Origin: a virus
Strand: one strand, 5' to 3'
Virus record (IMG/VR): IMGVR_UViG_3300027782_000058
Span: 1-64,000 of that record
DNA: 64,000 nt
Shown here one piece after another: positions 8,877 through 18,010 of the stretch. The stretch's first letter is position 1, and every line of letters starts with the position of its first letter. The position numbers and the translations under genes were made by a program. Under the pieces are notes generated by a model, which was given only the letters and a program-made list of their open reading frames with translations, made no database searches and was not told the origin of the DNA.

Positions 8877-9290
8877 ATGAGCACCTACGTCGTCACCCTC
8901 GTGATTGAGGACGTTGGCCCGGACATGGGCAGTCCAGAATACTGGCCTTGGGCCGAGATGCTTGACTACCCCGGCGCGGTCATGAATGCGATTACGGAGG
9001 AGATTGAGTCTCACCCGACGCCGGAGCAGATCGACCTGTTCCAGCGGCTCACCAGTGACTACCGGCGAGCGATCAAGCAGGAAATGAGTCCGGCTCCTGA
9101 GGAGGAGGATGAGGACTCCGAGGTGATTAGCACATGGGAAATCTCCTATTCCACCAAGCCTGAATGGTGGGATGATGATTCGGAACCTCGCTGCGATGTA
9201 TGCGGAATGCATTGTGAGGAAGTCGAATGGTGTGGCGAATGCGGAAACTGCGTTTTGCACTGTGAGGGACGCGAAGAGGTGAAGGCATGA
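8877..9290 (+). CDS. Acidic protein with C-terminal Cys cluster
   Basis: CDVC...CGECGNC..HC. Confidence 0.7.
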   Translation: MSTYVVTLVIEDVGPDMGSPEYWPWAEMLDYPGAVMNAITEEIESHPTPEQIDLFQRLTSDYRRAIKQEMSPAPEEEDEDSEVISTWEISYSTKPEWWDDDSEPRCDVCGMHCEEVEWCGECGNCVLHCEGREEVKA

Positions 9291-9499
9291 ATACCAACTG
9301 CCTCGCGGGCATCGAGTGCCCCCAGTGCGGATCGGAGGGACCGTTCGCCATTGCAGTCACTGCGGTGGCCGTGATGCACGATGACGGATCGGAGTACGTC
9401 GAGAGCATCGAATGGACGAACACGTCGAACATCTCATGCATGACCTGCCACAACTACGGCATGGTCGGAGAGTTTGAGGCGCAACCAAATACCAACTGA
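9287..9499 (+). CDS. Zinc-ribbon protein
   Basis: NTNCLAGIECPQCG...CMTC. Confidence 0.75.
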   Translation: MNTNCLAGIECPQCGSEGPFAIAVTAVAVMHDDGSEYVESIEWTNTSNISCMTCHNYGMVGEFEAQPNTN

Positions 9500-9505
9500 C
9501 ACTCC

Positions 9506-9561
9506 CTAGAAAAACAGCCGGGGCAGGCTTGGAAAACTTGCCCCGGCTTTTCTAGTTTTTT
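9506..9561 (+). terminator. Intrinsic terminator
   Basis: AGCCGGGGCAG...CTTGCCCCGGCT stem followed by T-tracts. Confidence 0.8.
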
Positions 9562-9732
9562 GGGCGAGCGCGCCGGAGTGGAAAAAATCTTTGCGACGCC
9601 GTGATGAAGTGGGTCAAGGTAACGATTCGATAACGACAGCCGTTTCGATTAGACAGGTGTCATACCGGCATGGTACTGTTCTACATGTCAGCAAGACGCT
9701 GGCGAGACAAACGACACAGGGATGTGATCAGG

Positions 9733-9936
9733 TTGCAAAAGGACACAACGACTGCAGTCATCGCAAAGGAAGAGTACTGCGACTACTGCCAGATGAGCGG
9801 TACGAAGACCGTCGCCCTCTACGACGGCAAGACCACTCAGGGGGCGTGGGCCTACATGTGCGAGGACCACTTCAGCGACTACGGGGTCGGTATCGGTCTC
9901 GGACTCGGACAGATTCTGATCGTCGAGACGAGTTGA
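9733..9936 (+). CDS. Zinc-binding hypothetical protein
   Basis: CDYC...YDGKT..GAWAYMCEDHF..G.GIG.GLGQ. Confidence 0.75.
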   Translation: MQKDTTTAVIAKEEYCDYCQMSGTKTVALYDGKTTQGAWAYMCEDHFSDYGVGIGLGLGQILIVETS

Positions 9937-9961
9937 CAGAGACTCCGGAGGAGTGCTAGAA

Positions 9962-10025
9962 ATAGACCACTCCTCCCTAGGAGAAGGCAGGCCCCGGATC
10001 CCCCTCCGGGGCTTTGTCTTTTCCC
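9962..10025 (+). ncRNA. Candidate small RNA (promoter-terminator unit with no ORF) carrying CCUCCCUAGG
   Basis: TTGACA 9933 with -10 near 9957; CTCCT-ccct-AGGAG hairpin, then GCCCCGGA-tcccc-CTCCGGGGC hairpin with T-rich tail. Confidence 0.55.
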
Positions 10026-10129
10026 GAAGCAGAACGCGCGGAAAAAATCTTTACGGATGCGCGCCGCCTTGACAAGAAATAATGCAAGGTATAGTCTGGG
10101 CACTACAACAACCGAGAGAGGAGAAGCAC

Positions 10130-10267
10130 ATGAATGAGGAACTACGGAAACTAATCGCCAAGTTGCCGGAGCAGGCGGCCACCACTGGCCGCGACTTCGG
10201 TCGAGGGTACGCGCTCGCAGTCAGAGATGTGCTTGCCGTTCTCGATAGACTTGACACTCAAGAGTAA
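10130..10267 (+). CDS. Hypothetical miniprotein
   Basis: Promoter 10069; GAGGAG RBS. Confidence 0.65.
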   Translation: MNEELRKLIAKLPEQAATTGRDFGRGYALAVRDVLAVLDRLDTQE

Positions 10268-10309
10268 GTGCGATAGAGTTCATACATCAGAACGACACAC
10301 ACTAGGGAG

Positions 10310-10711
10310 GTGAATGACGTGATGAAAACAGATACGCGAGTGGAGTGCTACTGGAACCTCCACAAGAACTGCTTGTCGGCACGGCCTACGGTCAAAGGCG
10401 GCAAGGTATGGCACGCGGACATGGTGTGGCTCACGGATGTACGATTCGCGGTGCAGCCCGCTGGCAACGCCAAGGTGCGCGCCGAGGGACGCAAGAACGT
10501 CCACGCCTACGTTCGCGGTACGGTCGTGAACTGGCAGGGGCTGCTAGGCGGTGCTCCGGTCGACGCCGAGACGGTGGAACGTCTCGGCTGGGTGCGGGTG
10601 TCGTACAACCCCTACAGGTACGAATCGTTCGTGCTCGCTGCTACAGGTGAGCCGATCCTCGCAGCCCGTGAGGCGTTCATCGCCAGCAAGCAAATCTGGG
10701 CGCTGCTCTAA
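10310..10711 (+). CDS. Conserved hypothetical phage protein (start may be 10322)
   Basis: YWNLHK, KNVHAYVRG, SYNPY motifs; CTAGGGAG RBS. Confidence 0.8.
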   Translation: MNDVMKTDTRVECYWNLHKNCLSARPTVKGGKVWHADMVWLTDVRFAVQPAGNAKVRAEGRKNVHAYVRGTVVNWQGLLGGAPVDAETVERLGWVRVSYNPYRYESFVLAATGEPILAAREAFIASKQIWALL

Positions 10712-10720
10712 AAAGTCAAA

Positions 10721-10756
10721 AACGAAAAGGCGGGACTTCGGTCCCGCTTTTTCGTT
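10721..10756 (+). terminator. Intrinsic terminator (UUCG loop, possibly bidirectional)
   Basis: AACGAAAAGGCGGGAC-TTCG-GTCCCGCTTTTTCGTT. Confidence 0.9.
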
Positions 10757-10915
10757 GCGCGGACTCGGAAAAAATCTTTGCGCTCGCGCGCTAGCAACGT
10801 CTCGCGTTACTACTTTCCTGCCCCCGAAAACTCTCCTGCCGTTTGGACTTGCATCATAGAGAGATTCCTGCTATTCTCTCTAATGTCAGAACAACACCTA
10901 GGGAGGTAACAACCA

Positions 10916-11647
10916 GTGTCAACCACACTCAAGCGAAGCAAGGACCGGAAGGTCACCAACGCAGTGAACCCGAAGGGTACCGCCGCCTTCATTGCGAACA
11001 CCTTCGGACTCCCGTCCGGAAAGAATTACTCCTGCCCCGGTGCCACCGAGGTCTGCGAACTCATCTGCTACGCGGGCAAGTTGGAGATTATCTACAAGGG
11101 CGTGCGCGACGTGCTCACGCACAACTTCGACACGCTGCAGTCTCTTGATCAGGCTGGCATGGCCGAGGCTCTCTCGGGTATGGTGGCAGACTTCAAGGCC
11201 GACTCGGTCAAGCGTGGCGCGGACCTGCTGTTCCGCATTCACTGGGACGGGGACTTCTTCTCGGACGACTACGCGAGCGCGTGGGTCGCCGTGGTGCGCG
11301 AGCACTCGGACGTTCAATTCTGGGTCTACACGCGGGTCGTGAGCGCTGCAGTCATGATTCACAAGGCGGCGCTGCCGAACCTCTCGCTCTACTTCTCGGC
11401 AGACTCGGCTAACGCGCCGATTGCTGCCATGCTGAAGAAGACCTACGGCATGAACCTCGCGTGGCTCGCTGAGAACTTCCAGACGGGTCAGGCGGCGCTC
11501 AAGGAACTCACGGGCAAGCCGGGGGCGAAGTGCCCCGAGAATGCGGGCAGGCTCCCGCTGATCAGTGCCGAGGGATCGGCGTGCGTCCGGTGCGGACTCT
11601 GCGTCTTCGGCAAGGCTGACGTGGTGTTCAGCCGGTCCAAGAAGTAG
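10916..11647 (+). CDS. GP88-like Cys-rich (radical-SAM-like) protein
   Basis: FGLPSG..SCPGA..C...CYA, FRIHWDGDFF, FWVYTR, C..CGLC. Confidence 0.75.
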   Translation: MSTTLKRSKDRKVTNAVNPKGTAAFIANTFGLPSGKNYSCPGATEVCELICYAGKLEIIYKGVRDVLTHNFDTLQSLDQAGMAEALSGMVADFKADSVKRGADLLFRIHWDGDFFSDDYASAWVAVVREHSDVQFWVYTRVVSAAVMIHKAALPNLSLYFSADSANAPIAAMLKKTYGMNLAWLAENFQTGQAALKELTGKPGAKCPENAGRLPLISAEGSACVRCGLCVFGKADVVFSRSKK

Positions 11648-11739
11648 GACTTGACAGTGGGCCGGTAGGCGAGTAGACTTCACCTACCGGCTCACGGTCG
11701 GGAAAACAAAACGACAAACGACACAAGGGAGTGATCGAA

Positions 11740-12246
11740 GTGGGACTGAGAGACATTGCAAGCGCAGCAATCGAAGCCGAAGAGGCGAAGCAGAAGGCCG
11801 ACGAGAAGCGTTGGTGGAACGAGAACGCACGGGCAGGCGAGAGCATCGTGAAGGACTTGCTCGGCATCACCGGCAAGGCGGTACGAGCGCACAAGACGGA
11901 GCGGTCGGAATCCACTGGAGCGCAATGGGGGAATGGCACGGTAGTGGAACTTGAGGAGGGTGTGTGCGTCAAGGTGATGCACTGGATCCACAACACCACC
12001 GACCGATACGGATTCGTCACCGGAACCGAGACAACCAGAAGCCTTGAGTTGTGCGACCGAGAGGGACTCAACCTGCAGGCTACGGACGGTTCGTCGTTCT
12101 ACTCCCCGAAGTTCACGACACTCGCGGAGTTGGGGCACGCGCTCACGAAGTACGACGGGCAGGCGGCTGACAACAAAGCCGAGCGCGAGCGCCGAGCGCG
12201 AGCGCGAGAGGCAGCAGAGGCTAGGCTCGCAGCGAACGCCCGCTGA
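11740..12246 (+). CDS. Hypothetical protein
   Basis: Promoter 11651; CAAGGGAGTGATC RBS. Confidence 0.75.
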   Translation: MGLRDIASAAIEAEEAKQKADEKRWWNENARAGESIVKDLLGITGKAVRAHKTERSESTGAQWGNGTVVELEEGVCVKVMHWIHNTTDRYGFVTGTETTRSLELCDREGLNLQATDGSSFYSPKFTTLAELGHALTKYDGQAADNKAERERRARAREAAEARLAANAR

Positions 12247-12442
12247 GAATCACGCGGCCCCGATTCCACAAGGAGTCGGGGTCGCGTGCTCGCGCGCGCC
12301 TCGCGGCGTGCGGGAAAAAATCTTTACGACGCGGCGCGGGTACAACATAACGATTCGGTAACGACGGGCCTCTCAACTTGCGCTTCATCATAGAAGCGAG
12401 TAGAGTGTCCTTATCAGCACAAACAACTAGGAGGTGAAAGAT

Positions 12443-12757
12443 ATGGAAGGACTGACTACAAATGTCAAGGCTACTGTTGACCTGACAGGGAGACAGTGGG
12501 AAATCTTCTCGCCCGAGGTCATGGCCGAGGGAGGGGCATCAGACTTGGTGCAAGTGACGATCCACCACAACGAGTGCGTTACCGCACTCAATGCCGCTGC
12601 CACTGAGGCTCTCTCCTGCGGAAACCCCCGCGAAGCGTGGGAAATCTTCGGGAAGGCTCAGCGCGAGTGGGCGCACTTCGGTGCCGAGGACTCCGAGCCA
12701 ACGTGGAAGTTCACGCGGCTCATGCGCGAGGTATTCGGCAACGACTGCGGGTACTAG
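12443..12757 (+). CDS. Hypothetical protein
   Basis: CTAGGAGG RBS; FGAEDSEP motif. Confidence 0.75.
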   Translation: MEGLTTNVKATVDLTGRQWEIFSPEVMAEGGASDLVQVTIHHNECVTALNAAATEALSCGNPREAWEIFGKAQREWAHFGAEDSEPTWKFTRLMREVFGNDCGY

Positions 12758-12877
12758 GTCACAGAAAGATAACGATCCAAAGAAACACCCCGTCTGGGCT
12801 TGCAGATGTCAGACCAAACGTGTAATGTTCTACTTACCGGCAGATAGCCGGAAACGACGAAAGAGGGAGTGATCCAA

Positions 12878-13216
12878 GTGAGTGTTCGATTCGAGAAGCG
12901 AGTGGTCGAGGTTGTCTCCGAAACCATCGAGAACGTGGCGGTGCTGGATGGCACGAACGCCGAGGAGTTGATCGAGCGCATGAACACCGCGCGCGCCGCT
13001 GCTGCCAAGATGAAGGAAGAGGCAGACGCTGCTCGCGACGCGCTCGTCGCGCTGATGGGCGGTGCCGAGACTGGCACCATCGGCGGTGTGGACCGCGTGA
13101 AGATCAAGATGATCGAGCGCGAGGGTACGAACCGCGACCTGCTCGCGGAGGCTTACCCCGAGGCGTACGAGGCTACGCTGACCACCACCACCTACCCCCG
13201 AGTCACCACCAAGTGA
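12878..13216 (+). CDS. Hypothetical protein (coiled-coil; resembles the C-terminal part of YqaJ-type proteins)
   Basis: GAGGGAGTGATC RBS; LAEAYPEAY motif. Confidence 0.75.
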   Translation: MSVRFEKRVVEVVSETIENVAVLDGTNAEELIERMNTARAAAAKMKEEADAARDALVALMGGAETGTIGGVDRVKIKMIEREGTNRDLLAEAYPEAYEATLTTTTYPRVTTK

Positions 13217-13402
13217 CCCGAGGAGGGCGGGGTCGGGAGAAATCCCGGCCCCGTCCTTCCGCGTTTTGAGCGCGGGCCGCAGGAAAAAATCTTTGGGGTC
13301 GCTAGGCGGAAAACTTTCTGAGGCGTAGGACTTGCGCTTGTCACAGAAGTTTGGTACTGTTTGACTACTCGCAGGGAGCGAGCACAAACTAGGGATGAAC
13401 AC

Positions 13403-13609
13403 ATGAGCATCGACTACAAGGTGGGGGACGAGATCACCTACCAGACCTTCGGTATGGACTACCGTACCGTCATCGTCACAGATCGCCACGAGAACATAAA
13501 GAATGGGCAGCCGGGATTCGATGGCTACGTCACAGGCGACCCGACTTTCTCCGTCTGGGGCTACGACCACCAGATCACTCAGGTAACTACGAGCGTAGGG
13601 AGCGCATGA
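13403..13609 (+). CDS. SH3/KOW-like miniprotein
   Basis: YKVGDEITY...IKNGQPGFDG...VWGYD. Confidence 0.7.
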   Translation: MSIDYKVGDEITYQTFGMDYRTVIVTDRHENIKNGQPGFDGYVTGDPTFSVWGYDHQITQVTTSVGSA

Positions 13610-13833
13610 TGAGCCGCATCGTAATCAAGACAACCTGCACTGCGACTGTCAGGGAGGAGTGGCAGTGGGAGTCAGACATGACGCTTGACGAGATTCGCCA
13701 CGCCGAGCCTGACCTGATGGACGATGACCTGATCGATTGGCTGCTGAGCCAAGGTGCTCGGCTGGTCGAGGTCAAGAACGTAGAGGTGTACGACGAGCAG
13801 GATCGAGAGGTTCTGGAGGTCGAAGAAGTCTGA
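13606..13833 (+). CDS. Acidic hypothetical protein
   Basis: ATGA overlap. Confidence 0.7.
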   Translation: MMSRIVIKTTCTATVREEWQWESDMTLDEIRHAEPDLMDDDLIDWLLSQGARLVEVKNVEVYDEQDREVLEVEEV

Positions 13834-14126
13834 GAGGTTAGCCAAGCAGAAGCGGGTCAGAAAACTTCCGGCCCGCTTTTGCATGTCCGGGTAGTTCCGG
13901 AAAAAATCTTTGCAATCCTGTCTCGATCTGCGGAAGGTCACGAAACGATAACGATCCCCCGGAAACTTGCTTTTGGACTTGACCAGTGTCAGTGCAGTAC
14001 GCAATAATGGTGCCAACGACGAAAGACAACCACCACTAGGGAACGCCGAGTTGACACAAACTCAGCCAACTGCTACTGTTACACCAACAAAGCAACACAC
14101 ACCCAAATGACGAAAGGACTAGGGAA

Positions 14127-14579
14127 ATGCTAGACAAGGACAAGCCAGTTCAGGGCTATGTTGTCTACTCGGAATTCCGACAGGGCGGCAGCACCCTTCA
14201 GATGTTTTTCACTCCGGATGGGTTCACCACTGATGGCCGCTTCGTGGGGATGAAGATCCACCGCCGAGTGGTCAGTTCGATCACACCCAAGAAGCAGTGG
14301 AAGATCTCATCTGCTCCTGATCGAGAGGTGCGGAAGTTCGTTGTCGATGGTGAGCCCAACACCTTCGACGCTGACTTCGCAGACACTCGTCTGGGATTCT
14401 GCCACTCGCTGCTCAACTCCATGATGGGTGGTTCATGGGAGATGGTGAAGCACCCCATCGTGGTTGAGGCATCCAAGAAGGACATGGATGACCTTCTCGC
14501 ACTCAAGACACCCACCAAGATCATCTACCGAATCAACCAGACTCGTGAGGCCGCTGGCTTCCCCGAGAACCTGTTCTGA
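14127..14579 (+). CDS. Hypothetical protein
   Basis: Promoter 14051; CTAGGGAA leader. Confidence 0.75.
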   Translation: MLDKDKPVQGYVVYSEFRQGGSTLQMFFTPDGFTTDGRFVGMKIHRRVVSSITPKKQWKISSAPDREVRKFVVDGEPNTFDADFADTRLGFCHSLLNSMMGGSWEMVKHPIVVEASKKDMDDLLALKTPTKIIYRINQTREAAGFPENLF

Positions 14580-14597
14580 GACCTAGGGAGAAATGAA

Positions 14598-15656
14598 ATG
14601 ACACACACTACACTTGTCGAGAAGTACCGCCCTCTGGGCAACCTTGACCCCTCTGGGGTATCGCTCTACGAGCGCCTCATGGAGGTGTCTCTGCTCGCTG
14701 GCGATGAGAACGCTGCCATGCGGCTCAATGCTCAGGTGCTGCCTCAGGGACGCTATGCAGAGCGCGTGGCTGCTCGTCCTCGCGTGGCTGCTGCCACTGC
14801 TGCTGCTCTCGCGGGTGGCCCTGTCATCGCTAGTGGTGATGACGTGTTCGTCCGGCCCAATGGTGAGCAGTACCACGCTCGCTCATGGGGTGAGCATCAG
14901 GACGTGATGGTCCTCCGCAAGGCGCGTGAGCAGACCAAGAAGGCTTACCTCTCAGGTGGGTCTCCTATGTTCACGCTGATCTACGGGGAGCCCGGCTGCG
15001 GCAAGACTGCGCTCGTGGAGGCAGCGTTCGGGAGCGATCTCTACACGCTCATGGGCACTGGCGACACTGAGGTCTCCGACCTCACGGGAGGCTATGTCCA
15101 GACCCCGAGTGGCACGTTCGTCTGGATCAATGGCGACATGATTCGCGCCGCCATCGAGGGCAAGGTCTACTTCATTGACGAGATCGGACTGGTTGACTCC
15201 AAGGTTCTGTCGATCCTCTACGGACTCATGGATGGACGCCGCGAGATCACTGTCAATGCCAACCTTGAGATGGGTTCGATCAAGGCCCACCCTGACTTCT
15301 ACGTCGTGGCTGCCACCAACCCCAACGCCCCCGGCGTTCGGCTCTCTGAGGCTCTCCTGTCGCGCTTCACCAATCAGGTGGAGATGACGACTGACTGGTC
15401 GCTCGCTCGCAAGTTGGGCGTCCCGACGACTGTCGTCACGGCAGCGCAGAACCTCAACAAGAAGCGCGACTCGCAGGAGTGCATGTGGGCTCCGCAGATG
15501 CGAGAGTTGCTCGCCTTCCGCGACATTGCGGAGACGTTCGGACTCAAGTTCGCGATCTCTAACCTGCTCGCTGCTGCACCTGAGATCGACCGGCCCATCG
15601 TGGCTGACGTTCTCACGCGGGTGTTCGGCGATGAGTGCAAGCCCGCCAAGATCTGA
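14598..15656 (+). CDS. MoxR/CbbQ-like AAA+ ATPase
   Basis: Walker A GEPGCGKT, Walker B YFIDEI, sensor ATNP, ALLSRF arginine finger. Confidence 0.92.
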   Translation: MTHTTLVEKYRPLGNLDPSGVSLYERLMEVSLLAGDENAAMRLNAQVLPQGRYAERVAARPRVAAATAAALAGGPVIASGDDVFVRPNGEQYHARSWGEHQDVMVLRKAREQTKKAYLSGGSPMFTLIYGEPGCGKTALVEAAFGSDLYTLMGTGDTEVSDLTGGYVQTPSGTFVWINGDMIRAAIEGKVYFIDEIGLVDSKVLSILYGLMDGRREITVNANLEMGSIKAHPDFYVVAATNPNAPGVRLSEALLSRFTNQVEMTTDWSLARKLGVPTTVVTAAQNLNKKRDSQECMWAPQMRELLAFRDIAETFGLKFAISNLLAAAPEIDRPIVADVLTRVFGDECKPAKI

Positions 15657-15798
15657 TCCCTAGCGGATCTTGGCGCTGGGTCGGGGAGTCGTTTGGGTGC
15701 GGCTCCCCGGCCCACCTAGGGAAGAATTGACAGCATCATAGACACCTGCTACTATCGTACTAATGCCGCAGGGAGCGGCCAACGACAGGAGAGACATA

Positions 15799-17646
15799 AT
15801 GGCACACATCAACCACACCGCCCACCGCAAGGGAGGGCACACGCCCCCCGAGTGGCTTCGGATCGGCGCTGAGATCTCCACCCTCGCCAACGCTTGGGCA
15901 GCGAGGTACGACCTCGTGGCCTACGTCGGCCCCGGTGCTGGAGGTCCGGCCCCCGCCTGCTACTCGCCCGCGCTGGCCGAGATCGAGGTCAACGTCACCA
16001 CGGCGTTCGGACCCCACATCAAGCCTGAGGACATTGGCACACTCACTGATCGTTCGACTCAGTACGAGTACGCTCGTGCCTGCGGAGCGATTCGCCACGA
16101 GGCGTACCACGCTCGCTACTCTGGCTGGGACATGGAGACTGCCAGCAAGGATCTCAAGCGCGACGAGTTCGACGCTCTGGTGCTGCTGGAGGAGGGTCGT
16201 ATCGAGGCGTTCGGAGTCAAGGATGACCCCACCTCGCGAGTGTTCCTCCGCGCTTGCGCGATGGACATTGTGATCGGGGACGCCAAGGAGCACCTTAACG
16301 AGGATGCCTCTCTGCGCGGTCTGACCAACCTTGTCGGTCTGGTCTACCCCCGAATCTTCGCTGGCATCCTTGACGCCGACGAGATGGCTGACCTGACTGA
16401 CCTGATCGAGGAGGCTCTGGGCTTCGACCTCGTGGAGTCTCTCTGCGCTCTGATCCGCAAGGCACAGGCTCACGACATGCACACCCACATCGAGCCTCTC
16501 TACCCTGTCGCCCGCGAGTGGGCGCGTCTGGTGCGCGAGGCCACGAGCGAGAGCGAGGAGCCGGGAGAGCCGGGAGAAGGTGGCGAGTCTGGCGACGAGG
16601 GCGAGGGTGAGGGTGATGGCCCCGGTAAGGCTCCCAAGTTCTCTGACGAGGAGATCAAGGAGATCATCGCTGAGGCTCTGGCTCGCATGGAGGATGCGGC
16701 TGAGGAGGTCGCGATCAACAACAACGATGACCTCGCAGATCAGGAGCAGGCAGAGGCGTGGGAGGGTGTCGTCAATGAGCGTCGTGCTGAGGCTGACGAG
16801 CGCAAGACTCACACCAACGTGGCAAGCAAGGTATTCGCTCGCCCCCGCGAGGGTGGCAGGAGCAGCGGCTCTCGTCTGCACAGGACTCGTGCGCCGCTTC
16901 CGTCTGAGCGCGCCGCTGCGGTTCAGGTGGCACGCGCTCTGGACCGCGCCAAGTACCGCGAGCGGGACGTTACTGAGACTCGCAGTGTGCTTCCTCCCGG
17001 TCGTCTCCGCACGCGGGCGATGGTGCAGGATGCCGCCAATCGAGCGCAGGGTCGCATGACTCAGGTAGACATGTGGCAGCGCAAGGCTCGCAAGCACACT
17101 GACGAGCCGACGCTGACTGTCGGGATCATGGTGGACATTAGCGGCTCGATGGGCTCTGCGATGGAGCCGATGGCGACTACCGCGTGGGTCATGTCTGAGG
17201 CGGGCTACCGGGTGCAGGCCAAGACCGCGATGGTCTACTACGGCAGCGCAGTGTTCCCGACGCTCAAGCCGGGAGAGCGCCAGAGCGAGGTTCGGATCTA
17301 CACCGCGCCTGACGGCACTGAGAAGTTTGACGAGGCGTTCTGCGCTCTTGACGGCTCTCTCAACCTGCTCTACGGAGCGGGCGCTCGCTTGCTTGTGGTG
17401 GTCTCTGACGGCTGCTACACGGCTCCGCAGATCGCTGCTGCCAAGAAGTGGGTCAAGCGATGCGAGGAGGCCGGTGTCGGCGTTCTGTGGCTTCCCTTCG
17501 ACCACGGCCACTACGCCCGTGAGATCCTCTCTGTGTCCTCTACGGCAAGCCTCGTGGCAGGAACGATGGACCCGGCTGCGGCTGCGGCTGAGATCGGGCG
17601 GGCTGCGGCTGAGTCGATGACCAAGATCGGTCGTCGGGCCGGGTGA
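15799..17646 (+). CDS. VWA-domain partner protein (CobT-like) with N-terminal HEXXH
   Basis: HEAYH, LEEGRIE, acidic Gly linker, MIDAS DISGSMG and VSDG; follows the MoxR ATPase. Confidence 0.9.
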   Translation: MAHINHTAHRKGGHTPPEWLRIGAEISTLANAWAARYDLVAYVGPGAGGPAPACYSPALAEIEVNVTTAFGPHIKPEDIGTLTDRSTQYEYARACGAIRHEAYHARYSGWDMETASKDLKRDEFDALVLLEEGRIEAFGVKDDPTSRVFLRACAMDIVIGDAKEHLNEDASLRGLTNLVGLVYPRIFAGILDADEMADLTDLIEEALGFDLVESLCALIRKAQAHDMHTHIEPLYPVAREWARLVREATSESEEPGEPGEGGESGDEGEGEGDGPGKAPKFSDEEIKEIIAEALARMEDAAEEVAINNNDDLADQEQAEAWEGVVNERRAEADERKTHTNVASKVFARPREGGRSSGSRLHRTRAPLPSERAAAVQVARALDRAKYRERDVTETRSVLPPGRLRTRAMVQDAANRAQGRMTQVDMWQRKARKHTDEPTLTVGIMVDISGSMGSAMEPMATTAWVMSEAGYRVQAKTAMVYYGSAVFPTLKPGERQSEVRIYTAPDGTEKFDEAFCALDGSLNLLYGAGARLLVVVSDGCYTAPQIAAAKKWVKRCEEAGVGVLWLPFDHGHYAREILSVSSTASLVAGTMDPAAAAAEIGRAAAESMTKIGRRAG

Positions 17647-17782
17647 GACTTCCGACCGGGGTGGCAACCTCTCCCTAGGTGTGTGCCAACGCGCCGCCCC
17701 GGTCGGTCGATCAACTTGACAGATGCTCTCTAGAGGAGTACCTTGTATCTATAAGCGAACGACAACAGGAAGAGAGACAGCA

Positions 17783-18001
17783 ATGACAAAAGGACCGACG
17801 TGCCCCCGATGCGGAGGGTACATTCCGAACAACGTGACACCGGGTGCGTACCCCGGAGCGATCTCCCGACTCGACAACCGTACGGAGATCTGCTCGGAGT
17901 GCGGGACTCAGGAAGCGCTTGAGGACTACTTCGGAGGAATGTCGATCAAGCCCATGAGCGAGTGGGCCGGACTCACTCCGGACCTAAACGAGAAGGTGTA
18001 A
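17783..18001 (+). CDS. Zinc-finger hypothetical protein
   Basis: CPRCG...YPGAISRLDN..EICSECG..EA. Confidence 0.75.
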   Translation: MTKGPTCPRCGGYIPNNVTPGAYPGAISRLDNRTEICSECGTQEALEDYFGGMSIKPMSEWAGLTPDLNEKV

Positions 18002-18010
18002 GGGAAGAAA

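Noticed and set aside
15760-17667. 635-aa minus-strand ORF with CTAGGGAG next to its TTG
   Set aside because: It lies entirely antisense to the well-supported VWA gene, has no recognisable motifs, and the RBS spacing is too short; a typical high-GC shadow ORF.
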